NCBI GenBank assembly: GCA_963760405.1
Contig: CAVXCV010000002.1
Coordinates: forward strand, 679,413-743,412
Length of the DNA stretch: 64,000 bases
Source: an uncultured Actinomycetes bacterium
Lineage (GTDB): Bacteria > Actinomycetota > Actinomycetes > Streptosporangiales > Streptosporangiaceae
Direction of reading: 5' to 3'
Both the position numbers and the translations under genes were made by a program. Shown here one piece after another: positions 10,467 through 19,273 of this stretch. The notes below the pieces were generated by a model. It ran no database searches. It saw only the letters and a list, made by a program, of their open reading frames with translations, and was not told the DNA's origin. The stretch's first letter is position 1, and each line of letters starts with the position of its first letter.

Positions 10467-10543
10467 GCCGTGGCCCTGCCTACTACAACGGATAGGAAGA
10501 ATGAGGTGTTCATCCCCGCGTCGCGTGGCAGCGGGTGCGCGGG

Positions 10544-11428
10544 TCAGAGTTTGGTTTCGAGCGCGGTGATCGCTGGCGATGAGCACACGCCTGCCGGCTG
10601 GCCGCCCGTTGTCTTGCAGATGGCCGCGGTGATGTAGTTCGCGGCACCGAGCGCGCCCTGGGCGATGGGGCTTGACGGGTCGTGCAGGGCCGAGGCGATC
10701 TGGGCCCAGGTCTTGCCCTGCAGCACCTGCGGGTCGTAGATCGGCCCGGTGATGTCGTACTTGCCGCCGAAGTCGATGAACGGGTAGGAGTTCGGGTCGT
10801 ATCTGTCCCACAGCGCCTGCTGCTGCGCCGTGGTGGCCTGCAGCGGGGCACGGTTGACCGTCTGGTTCTCGACCGGGGTGAACACCAGGTACCGGCTGGT
10901 GTAGCGGGACTGGTAGAAGGTCAGGGTCGCGGTATCCGGGAAGACGTCGGTGGGCGAGGAGCGGATGCCGCGCAACGGCGTGATAAACGCGCCGAACCTG
11001 TTCAGCGCCACCGCCATCGACCACCGCATCGCCGCGCAGTACGGGCACCATTCGGCGCCAATGTAGAGCATCTCCGGCTTGCCGTCCTGAGTGAGCGGCG
11101 GACCGCTGACCGACTTCACCGGCACTGGGTTATAGGAAGTGACCGAGCCGCCGCCGACCGCGTCCAGCGTGGCGGCCGGGACATTCTTGATGTCATTCAG
11201 CACACTCGCTGGGAGCGCCGTCCCCCGCGGGGATCCGGGCCGCGCACTGGACTGGCCGCCGCTGTTCGACCTGATCACAATGAACGCGACGACGACAGCG
11301 GCCACGACCAGGACGCTGCCAGCCGCGATCAGCACCCTCCGGCGGGTCTCAGCGCGCCGCGCGGCGGCACGCTGCGCAGCGATCCGCTGCCGGGCATTCT
11401 GCTGCCTCGCCCGCGCCGCCTTGCCCAT
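10544..11428 (-). CDS. DUF929 family thioredoxin-like membrane-anchored protein (paralog 2)
   Basis: Same architecture as paralog 1, with a CPYC motif in MLYIGAEWCPYCAAMRWSMAVAL. Start taken at MGKAARAR (11428). Confidence 0.8.
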   Translation of the reverse strand: MGKAARARQQNARQRIAAQRAAARRAETRRRVLIAAGSVLVVAAVVVAFIVIRSNSGGQSSARPGSPRGTALPASVLNDIKNVPAATLDAVGGGSVTSYNPVPVKSVSGPPLTQDGKPEMLYIGAEWCPYCAAMRWSMAVALNRFGAFITPLRGIRSSPTDVFPDTATLTFYQSRYTSRYLVFTPVENQTVNRAPLQATTAQQQALWDRYDPNSYPFIDFGGKYDITGPIYDPQVLQGKTWAQIASALHDPSSPIAQGALGAANYITAAICKTTGGQPAGVCSSPAITALETKL

Positions 11429-12024
11429 CCGGCCGTCCCATCTCCCCAGTGGACGCGGCCATGCTACCCGCGTGTTACGCGCTATTAACACGCGGCCTCA
11501 CCTATTTTAAATACGGTCGAGACCGTAAGCTTCTGCTCGGCTGCGACAGCTACGTGATCATGGCGTCTGTCAGGGTCTGCCCGTGACAGCCCTCAAACCT
11601 GGACAGCGGCTGTTACGGACAGCGAACATACGGCTGGTGCGACAGCCAGATGGTCGCGCCTGCCGACTCTGTGGTTGGCCGGCCGAACTGATCAGTGGTG
11701 GCGCCAGCGGCCAGAACCACCAGTTTCTGGGCCTTCTCGGCGCCGCCCGGTTATCGGGGCTCTCAGCTTGGCCCCGCATGCTGGCCGTGGCGGCTTGTGT
11801 CTCGTGGTGGGGCGCGCACCTGCAACGCTGACCCGGCTGGCGACGTCAGGCCCTCCACCAGAGGCCAGAGTGCTGTACGGTCGCCGCTGCAGGCATGGCA
11901 TGGCGGTGGGCCAGCCGCCAGCAGGCGGGCCAAGCCGGTCGTGCACCGTGCACCAAGCCAGCCGGCGTCTCACTGATTGCCGTCACGCGCGGACTCGCGT
12001 TGCACGACCCCGCGGCAGCCGTCC

Positions 12025-12840
12025 TTATGAGCTGGGCGCCGCCGGGATCGCGCGGCCCGCGAGCCAGCTGAGCACCTGCCGCGCTTGCGGCACGGTCCAG
12101 CTCTCAGCCGGATTGGGATGGTAGAGGTTGTGGTAGCCCTGCGGATCCATGAACCGCATCAGCGTCGGCGGCAGCGTGCTGCCGCGGGCGTCGGCGGCGG
12201 CGTTGGCGACGTAGCGCTCTTTCCCGTCCGGGGACAGGAAGATCAAGGTGTCGCTGTGCGAGACGTCGTAGGTCAGCTTCTGGCCGGTGAGCCAGTCCGT
12301 GGCGGGCGGGCTGCCTTCGGGCACCCGGTGGAAGTAGATGTAGAAGAAATTGCACAGCGTGGCGGTGCCGGCCACGGTGGTGGCGGTCAGCAGCGTCCAA
12401 TCCCGCCGCGGCCCGCCGAACAGCTTCTGGTAAGCGGCCAGCCGGGCCGGCGTGTCGCGCTGCGGGTCGACCGTGAGCTCCAGCAGCGCGACCTTCCCGG
12501 TGAGCCCGGCGGCCTGGACCTGGCGGGCCAGCGCGGCGGTGTTGGCCGAGATCATCGGGCACATGTCCTGGCACAGGGTGATGAAGTCCGCGATCATCAC
12601 GATCTTGCCGCGGTAGGCCGCGAGCGTGGTGCGCTGCCCGGCCGCGGTGGTCAGCGGCAGCTGCGAGACCGAAGCGGGCAACGGCGTGTTCATCACCGCT
12701 CCGCCCAGCGCGGCGGGCGGCCGCAGCTGGCTGGCGGCACCGTGCTGCTGGGCCGGGCTGCCACAGGCCGCCACACTGAGGCCGAGCAAGGCAGCAGCGG
12801 CCGCCACCCGGCCGCGACGCCGCAACCACAGCAGGCGCAT
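12025..12840 (-). CDS. SCO1/SenC family lipoprotein
   Basis: Lipobox LGLSVAAC. CxxxC in FITLCQDMCPMIS. Conserved His in DVSHSDTLIFLSPDG. Confidence 0.85.
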   Translation of the reverse strand: MRLLWLRRRGRVAAAAALLGLSVAACGSPAQQHGAASQLRPPAALGGAVMNTPLPASVSQLPLTTAAGQRTTLAAYRGKIVMIADFITLCQDMCPMISANTAALARQVQAAGLTGKVALLELTVDPQRDTPARLAAYQKLFGGPRRDWTLLTATTVAGTATLCNFFYIYFHRVPEGSPPATDWLTGQKLTYDVSHSDTLIFLSPDGKERYVANAAADARGSTLPPTLMRFMDPQGYHNLYHPNPAESWTVPQARQVLSWLAGRAIPAAPSS

Positions 12841-13955
12841 GACAGGGCCTCCAAGGGGCTAGCGGCGGCTGTAGCCGCCATAATGTTGTCGCCGCCGGGC
12901 GGCTGTGTGTGATCGGCCTTCGGCTGACGGCGTCACGCGACGGCCTCCCCGCCGTCGCCGAGGCGCCCACGACGACCAGCGGAGGCGATAACCAGCCCGG
13001 CGGAGCCGGATCGCCTACCGCCGTTGACCAGTGCTGCCGCCGCGGTGGGACCAGGACTGTGACGAGGGGACTCCTCACCGCTTCCCGGCCGCGCCAGCGG
13101 GTTCACGCCGAGCCGCAACGCCTACCCCGATTCTTCAATCAGGCGGATACCGCACGTCGAGCTGTCACCATCTGTAAAGAAACGCCAGTGCCTAGTGTAG
13201 GCGTCAGATGTCCGGCGGCCAATCCCGGCCGACCGGAGCCGGCACGGCGAACGTCACCGCGTCAGGGTGAACATCGCCCAGCGATTACGGTCAGGCCCGA
13301 TACGATTGCTCCGTATCCCTCTGGAGTGACGTTCGGTATTCATAGCGAATGACGCGCAACACCCGCGCCGCAACACCGAACGACAAAGCCTTGCGACCAG
13401 TCCGGCGCCGTCACGAGTGCCTTGCCGAGAATGCACCACCTGACACGCTGGCACGAGGAGTGACTACCCGAAATCGATCGTTCACGGACACCACCGCCGG
13501 TGGGGATTCCCGCAGGAGCCGCGTGTACGCATGCCGCGTCCCGCGCCTTTGTAAGGCGGCCGGCGGTTACCGCTACAGCTACCATGATTATGATGCGCAG
13601 CAAGAGCGAAGGTACTGCCCTGTTGCGTTCCGTTCTTTACCCTTGACGCCACAGGCTTGTGCGTACCTACGGCGAGCGCATGCTGACTTGCATTTCGGCG
13701 AGTTCCTGGCATCCATATCGGATGATCTGTGCAGGCACAGCACCAAGCGACTGATCGTCTAGCCACGCAAATAATCGGCGATCTGCTATGCACGGACGGC
13801 CCAGTACCCCAGTGACATGCGCACGCTACGTGCTCAAGGCCGATCCGACGGCGAAATCGGGAGAGGCATGCTCCGTTAGTCGTGTCGAGATTAGCGGATT
13901 CGCCTTAAAGCGCCCGCTCATTCATGGCTAACTCGGCCTTCCCGATGGCTGCCAA

Positions 13956-15986
13956 TTACCGCCGACGTGAAGCCGCAGGTCCAGGTGGAGCGCCCGTAGC
14001 GCAGCGAGGACGAACGACCTGGAGGTGAGGCTTCGCGTGGGTCACACTCAGGCAACCAGGGCAGGCTTCTAGGAACGAGATCAGCTGCGAGTCAGCATCA
14101 ACGAGCGGCCTGGCGCGGACCGGCGGCGGCGCCGCGCGTGGCCGAGAGCGCAGCTCAGCAGAGTCCTGCGCCGCAGCCATACGCAAGGCGTCAACCAGTG
14201 GCACCGGGAAGTCAGCCTGAGCCCGGTCGGCCGGATCACCGGGCCGGTCCGCCCGGGCGTGAGCCTGCCTGGGATGTGGCGCCCGTCCCCGCGCCTGGGC
14301 GAACGCGGCATGCAGATCCTCTGCGGCTCGGCGGGCGGCTGCGGCCTGGGCGCCATGGGCCTGCGCCTGCCGCAGCCCCGCCACCGCATCGATGAGCGCC
14401 GCCAGGTTCGCGGCCAGCGCACCGGCCCCCAGGAGGCCATCGCGGCCGTCGCCGGCCATCGCGAGCAGCCGCGCTGCCGCCCGCAACCGCTCACCCTCCC
14501 CGCTGCGGCGCGGAACGCGGCCATAGGGCGTGCGGGCGGCCCGGTCATAACGGTCCGCGGCGCAGCGCAGGACCCGGCTGCCGGTCGCCCGCGCCGCCGC
14601 ATGCAACGCGTCCGCCGCCGCCCATGCCGCATCCGCCCCGCGGCCAGGATCACCGCCGGTGCAGCGGCGCAGGTGCTCCGCCGCCGCAGCGGCCTGGCGG
14701 GCCGCGTGCCTGTAGACCTCGGTACGTTCCGGAGCAGTGAACCGCACCGCCCCGGAACGCTCCGTGGCCGGGTTATGTCCCTGGGCCCAGGCGTCCCGCA
14801 GCCGGGGCAGGCTCAGCGACTCGTGCAGCCGCCCACCGCCGTACCAGCGGAGCGCGCCGTCCCGGGCGGTGCAGCCGGGGAGCGTCACCGCATACCCCGT
14901 GACCTCACCCGGATGAATGTCGCTGAGCCGTTCCCGCACCAGCACCCCTGCCGCGCGCAGCCGGGCGAAGAAGTCCTGCTCCTCCATGACCTGCCCAGCG
15001 GCCTGGGCCACGGTAGCCCGTAGCACGGCCCGGATCGCCGGTGGCGGCAGGTCCGCCGCCCCGGCCAGCGGATCACGAGCGGCTGGGTGCGCCCACCGGG
15101 CGCGTAGCTTCGGCAGTGTGAAGTCCGCGGCGAGCTTCCCGCCGCCGTACCAGATGACCTGCCCATCCCTGGTGGTGTGCTCGGGCAGGCCGGCCGCGTA
15201 CCCCGTCACTTCACCCGGGTGCACGGTGCTGTGCCGTTCCCGCACCAGTACCCCGGCCTGGGCGAGCCGGGTGAAGAACTCGGCCTCGGTGCGTGCTCCG
15301 GCCGCCGCGGTGCACACCTCCCGCCGCAGCCGCACCCGGGGCGCCTCCTCCTGTCCCAGGCGGGCCGCGTGTTCCGTCTCGGCGCGGGTGGCCCGGCGCG
15401 CCGCGGTGCGATCCGCCGGAGCGGTAGCCCGCAGCCCGAGCTGGCGTTCGGCGTCCCGGCAGGCATCCCGCAGCTTGTAATAGCCGTTCCACAGGTCCGG
15501 CCGGCGCCGGTCCTGGCGGGCCAGCGTCGCCACCAGGTGAATGTGATCGGCGCCGTGGCGGACCGCGACCCACCGCACGCCCAGCTCATCACCCTCGGAC
15601 GCCAGCCCGCTCCGGTCCATGATCTGCGTGGCGACGTGCGACCATTCGGCGTCGGACAGCAGCCGGTCTTGCGGCGCGGCGCGGACGGCGCAGTGCCAGA
15701 CCGGCTGGGCGTAGTTGTCCCCGTCCAGCGCGGCCAGGGGCTGGTCCAGCAGCCCGGCCAGCCGCCGCAGATCCCGCGACCCGTTCGGTCGGCGTTCGGG
15801 CTCCAGTTCGGCCGGGTCACCGAACCCGGCGACCAGGTGCGGGTCGGTATGCTCATTCGCCTTTCCCGGCCCGTACAAGTAGTACAGCAGCCGCCGGGCA
15901 TTGGTGCCGCGGATCACTTTCCCGATCACCTGGAACGCTCCCGACGGTTCACGGAATGCTCCGGCGCACCTGCCCCGCCGCCTCAT
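13956..15986 (-). CDS. relaxase/mobilization nuclease (MobA/VirD2 family)
   Basis: N-terminal relaxase motifs: IRGTNARRLLYYLYGP and the histidine triad HGADHIHLV. Follows mobC. An alternative GTG start at 15929 would avoid overlap with mobC. Contains an internal ~65-aa tandem duplication. Confidence 0.85.
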   Translation of the reverse strand: MRRRGRCAGAFREPSGAFQVIGKVIRGTNARRLLYYLYGPGKANEHTDPHLVAGFGDPAELEPERRPNGSRDLRRLAGLLDQPLAALDGDNYAQPVWHCAVRAAPQDRLLSDAEWSHVATQIMDRSGLASEGDELGVRWVAVRHGADHIHLVATLARQDRRRPDLWNGYYKLRDACRDAERQLGLRATAPADRTAARRATRAETEHAARLGQEEAPRVRLRREVCTAAAGARTEAEFFTRLAQAGVLVRERHSTVHPGEVTGYAAGLPEHTTRDGQVIWYGGGKLAADFTLPKLRARWAHPAARDPLAGAADLPPPAIRAVLRATVAQAAGQVMEEQDFFARLRAAGVLVRERLSDIHPGEVTGYAVTLPGCTARDGALRWYGGGRLHESLSLPRLRDAWAQGHNPATERSGAVRFTAPERTEVYRHAARQAAAAAEHLRRCTGGDPGRGADAAWAAADALHAAARATGSRVLRCAADRYDRAARTPYGRVPRRSGEGERLRAAARLLAMAGDGRDGLLGAGALAANLAALIDAVAGLRQAQAHGAQAAAARRAAEDLHAAFAQARGRAPHPRQAHARADRPGDPADRAQADFPVPLVDALRMAAAQDSAELRSRPRAAPPPVRARPLVDADSQLISFLEACPGCLSVTHAKPHLQVVRPRCATGAPPGPAASRRR

Positions 15987-16452
15987 CCAGCCGCCGGATC
16001 ACCCGCACGCAAAACTCCGCCGACGGCAGCAGATCCTCACCCCGCTGCCCGGTCGCATTCAACCGCGCCACCGCCTGATTGAAGTTCGTGCCCACCCGCC
16101 GCACCAGCCCCGTCGCCGCCATCAGCTCACCCAGCGCCTCCCGCAACGGCGAGGCCGCCCGCGCCTGGACCCCGCGCGCCGCCGCCAACGTCACCTGCGC
16201 AGCGAACGCACCGCGGGCCAGTCCGGCGCGCGCTGCCGCGCCGCTGACCTGATCGAACTCGTCCTGGGTCAGCGAGAACTGCACCACCTTCGGCCGTGAC
16301 ACCGCCTGCCGCGACCGCCGCCGCACCGCTCCCTCGGTCATGATGACCACCCCGATCCCTAACCGATGCTCGTCCCCGTCCGGGACCGCGCCCGGTCCCT
16401 GCCATCCCGCCGGACGGCCCTGGCGGGTCGGCGAGGGGGTGGTTGCCTCCAT
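15949..16452 (-). CDS. MobC family plasmid mobilization relaxosome protein
   Basis: Ribbon-helix-helix-like VVQFSLTQDEFDQV and the MobC signature LVRRVGTNFNQAVARLN. An alternative start is the ATG at 16341. Confidence 0.8.
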   Translation of the reverse strand: MEATTPSPTRQGRPAGWQGPGAVPDGDEHRLGIGVVIMTEGAVRRRSRQAVSRPKVVQFSLTQDEFDQVSGAAARAGLARGAFAAQVTLAAARGVQARAASPLREALGELMAATGLVRRVGTNFNQAVARLNATGQRGEDLLPSAEFCVRVIRRLDEAAGQVRRSIP

Positions 16453-16553
16453 TGTTTATCTATGGGCCGCGCCGGTCCAGAGATAAACAATGGTTATCTA
16501 CATCTTGCTGCTCAGCTTTTCTAAATGATCAAGAATATCCTGCCATAGGATAT
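16450..16553. promoter_or_regulatory. candidate oriT / mobC promoter region (two inverted repeats)
   Basis: Perfect 12-bp inverted repeat CATTGTTTATCT (16450-16461) / AGATAAACAATG (16481-16492). A second 7-bp inverted repeat ATATCCT / AGGATAT lies at 16535-16553. AT-richer DNA directly upstream of mobC. Confidence 0.4.
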
Positions 16554-16640
16554 CAGTCAGCAGTGATAAACGACATTGGATGGCACACATCGAACTAGTC
16601 CAGCAGAAGACGGACTGGCTTTCGTGAAACGGCGACCACA

Positions 16641-17444
16641 TTGACGTTCACCGAAGGGCCGTCCCCAGAACTGCCATGTCCGGCCACTCTCTGCAGCCTC
16701 GGCCTGGCGATGGGTGGTGATCACGCTGAGAATGACGTCGTGGCACTTGACGATCTCGGTGAGGCCGAGCGAGCTCTGTGGGCAGCGTTCCCAGTGGGCA
16801 GGTGGGTGGACTTGCGGACCGGGGACCCCTCGAAGGACGATCTTGAAACGGCCGATCAATGGGGACCGGATCGAACGATCCGTGCCGAGGTCATTGCTGC
16901 GCTGCTCCTTGGAGCCAGGACGGCCGAGCCTGGCCAGTTTCCAGCGGTGCGCCTGCGCGGGGGGCGCATCGTAGGGCGCCTCGACGTGATGGGCGCGACA
17001 GTGAATTGTGCCCTGGTCTGCGAGGGTTGCCGATTCGACACGGCACCCAGGTTCGTAGAAGCGACCACGAAGACTGTGCGTTTCGTCAACAGTAGCCTCG
17101 CTGGTTTCAACGGCGCGCGGATGCGCGTCGAGGGAATCCTCAACCTTTACCGGACCAAGGTGGGCGCTGTGTTCCGGCTCGACGGCGCCACGGTCACCGG
17201 TGAGGTAACTCTGCGTGAGGCAGTAATCGCTGCTACTCAGGGCGAAGCGGTGGCAGCGCGTGGCTTGACCGTGGATGGGGATCTGGACTGCAGGGACATG
17301 ATCACCGACGGCCCGGTCCGGTTGAGGAACGCGCGCATCAGTGGCTCTGTGTACCTGGCTGGAGCAAAGCTCAGCTCGCACGGGTCGCCGGCTCTGGACG
17401 CCACGAACGCGGTGATCGGTGCGGGTTCGACGGTGACCGGATGA
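16641..17444 (+). CDS. repeat-rich (beta-helix-like) protein, N-terminal part of a split gene
   Basis: LDDLGEAERALWAAFPVGRWVDLR followed by degenerate repeats (RLRGGRIVGRLDVMGATV...). Belongs to a family I recall as single ~550-aa membrane-associated proteins in actinomycetes. Ends in a TGA overlapping the ATG of the next ORF. A likely real start is the ATG at 16710. Confidence 0.6.
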   Translation: MTFTEGPSPELPCPATLCSLGLAMGGDHAENDVVALDDLGEAERALWAAFPVGRWVDLRTGDPSKDDLETADQWGPDRTIRAEVIAALLLGARTAEPGQFPAVRLRGGRIVGRLDVMGATVNCALVCEGCRFDTAPRFVEATTKTVRFVNSSLAGFNGARMRVEGILNLYRTKVGAVFRLDGATVTGEVTLREAVIAATQGEAVAARGLTVDGDLDCRDMITDGPVRLRNARISGSVYLAGAKLSSHGSPALDATNAVIGAGSTVTG

Positions 17445-18349
17445 TCGTGGAAGGGGAGACGCGGTTGCGTCACACCCGGATCGCCGGAAGCCTTCAGCTT
17501 GTTGCAGCTCAGCTGCACGATCTCGGCGGCATCGCATTGCTCATGGCGCCCATCGACGTCACCGCTGACATGTTCTGCAACGAAATGACAGTCACTGGCG
17601 GCATCGACCTGACGGATGCCAAGATCGGGAGTCACCTTGACCTGAAGCAAGCGCGGCTGATCAACCCCGGAGGCATTGCCCTGGTCGTTCATGGGCTGCA
17701 GGCGGCGCAGGTCTCGATCCTCCCCGCCGAACCCATCCAGGGCACCGTGGACCTTAGCCACGCCCGCATCGGTGTCTTGCGCGATGATCCACACACCTGG
17801 CCGGCCGAGTTCCGCTTCGGCGGGTTGACCTACCAAGCCCTGGAGCCGCAGCTTCCGGCTCAGCAGCGGCTTGACTGGCTCGCCCGGGACTCAGGTGGCC
17901 ACTCTCCTGAACCGTACGAGCAGCTGGCAGCTTTGTACGCCAGGACTGGCTTGCCTGCCGAGGCACGCCGGGTGCTGTACGCCGCGGAGCGCCGCCAGCG
18001 GGCCGCGAAGACCCTCCCCGGTCGCATGTGGAGCCGATTGCAAGACATCACCGTCGGCTATGGTTACCGGCCAGCCCGAGCTGGGGTCTGGCTAGCAGCG
18101 CTCCTGGCCATCGGAAGCATCACCTACGCGCTCGCTCCCCCGGCACCACTCAATACGGGCGGAGCCCCGCACTTCAACCCGGTTATCTACACCCTGGACT
18201 TGCTCCTGCCCGTAGTAGATCTTGGCCGGAAGCACGCCTTCAACCCGGCCGGTGCGGAACAGTGGCTGTCTTACCTGCTGATTGCCGCTGGATGGGCGCT
18301 GGCCACCACCATCGCTACCAGCGCCGCGCGCATCATTAGCCGACGGTAG
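17441..18349 (+). CDS. C-terminal part of the split repeat-rich membrane protein
   Basis: The same repeat style continues (RLRHTRIAGSLQLVAAQL...), then TM helices (WLAALLAIGSITYAL, LLIAAGWALATTIATS). Upstream codons read through in this frame (CGFDGDRMIVEG), which indicates an indel near 17418-17425. Confidence 0.6.
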   Translation: MIVEGETRLRHTRIAGSLQLVAAQLHDLGGIALLMAPIDVTADMFCNEMTVTGGIDLTDAKIGSHLDLKQARLINPGGIALVVHGLQAAQVSILPAEPIQGTVDLSHARIGVLRDDPHTWPAEFRFGGLTYQALEPQLPAQQRLDWLARDSGGHSPEPYEQLAALYARTGLPAEARRVLYAAERRQRAAKTLPGRMWSRLQDITVGYGYRPARAGVWLAALLAIGSITYALAPPAPLNTGGAPHFNPVIYTLDLLLPVVDLGRKHAFNPAGAEQWLSYLLIAAGWALATTIATSAARIISRR

Positions 18350-18585
18350 CGGCATCAGCACCGAAGGCCTCCACCGCCCTGGGATGGGACAGCTGCAGCC
18401 GTATGGCGTGCCAGGGCCAAGCCGTAGGAACCGGCCTGCACAAGGCGACGACCTGGACAAGGCGACGGCATATGTTCACAAAGCCCAGAACGAGGCCTCC
18501 AAGCAGTTCCCATGACCGACGCCCGGTGCCACCTGCTGCCGCCTGGTGACGGCAGAACCCACGGACAAACGACGGACAAATGATC

Positions 18586-18621
18586 AAGGCCCGGTCCCCC
18601 TGAGCGGGTGACCGGGCCTTT
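18586..18621. terminator. GC-rich hairpin between the island and tRNA-Glu
   Basis: AAGGCCCGGT ... ACCGGGCCTT inverted repeat followed by T on the plus strand. Confidence 0.45.
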
Positions 18622-18639
18622 GACCTGCTACTTCACTCG

Positions 18640-18712
18640 TAGCCCCGACCGGATTTGAACCGGCGCTACCGCCTTGAGAGGGCGGCGTCCTGGGCCACTA
18701 GACGACGGGGCC
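18640..18712 (-). tRNA. tRNA-Glu (anticodon CTC)
   Basis: Manual cloverleaf. Acceptor GGCCCCG/CGGGGCT. D arm GTCT..GGAC. Anticodon stem CCGCC/GGCGG with loop CTCTCAA. T arm GCCGG-TTCAAAT-CCGGT. No encoded CCA. Confidence 0.9.
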
Positions 18713-18852
18713 AGACACTGCATGGTAGGGCACCGCGCGGTGCACCGCCAAACTGACGCCAGCGGCAAACTGACGCCAGGGCCCGCGTCTCGCGAAATCC
18801 CACCTGTCTGGAAACTTCGCATGACATAAGGATTCAGGGGTACATCGCGGCC

Positions 18853-19173
18853 ATGTTGGCATTCATCATCATCCTGATCGTCGTCGGGCTGATCGCCGGG
18901 GCGATCGCCCGGCTGATCGTCCCCGGCCGTGATCCCATCGGGCTGATCGGCACTATCGTGCTCGGCATCCTGGGATCCTTCCTCGGCGGGTTCATCCTGA
19001 ACCTGATCGAGTACCACACCCTCTCCGTGACCTCTATCCACGCGGTGGGCATTCTCGGCTCAGCGCTGGGCGCCATCATCCTGCTGATCCTCTACCGGCT
19101 GTCCGGGCACGAGCGCGGGCACAAGCGCTACGGGCGCACCCGGAGCCGGACCCGGCGGCGGCGCTGGATCTGA
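18853..19173 (+). CDS. GlsB/YeaQ/YmgE family stress-response membrane protein
   Basis: MLAFIIILIVVGLIAGAIARLIVPGRDPIG...GILGSFLGGF, typical of the transglycosylase-associated small membrane protein family. Confidence 0.85.
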   Translation: MLAFIIILIVVGLIAGAIARLIVPGRDPIGLIGTIVLGILGSFLGGFILNLIEYHTLSVTSIHAVGILGSALGAIILLILYRLSGHERGHKRYGRTRSRTRRRRWI

Positions 19174-19273
19174 TCCCGGGACCTGGCTGGGGCATGACCC
19201 CGGTGGCGTTGCGGATCAAGCAGGAGGCCGGGCGGGCCGCGTCCTGGGTGGCATGACCCGCCCCGGCTGAGCG

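Noticed and set aside
11492-12024. Search for a small regulator or chaperone gene (csoR, copZ) in the gene-free spacer
   Set aside because: None of the six-frame translations shows CsoR or HMA (MxCxxC) signatures or coding-like codon bias.
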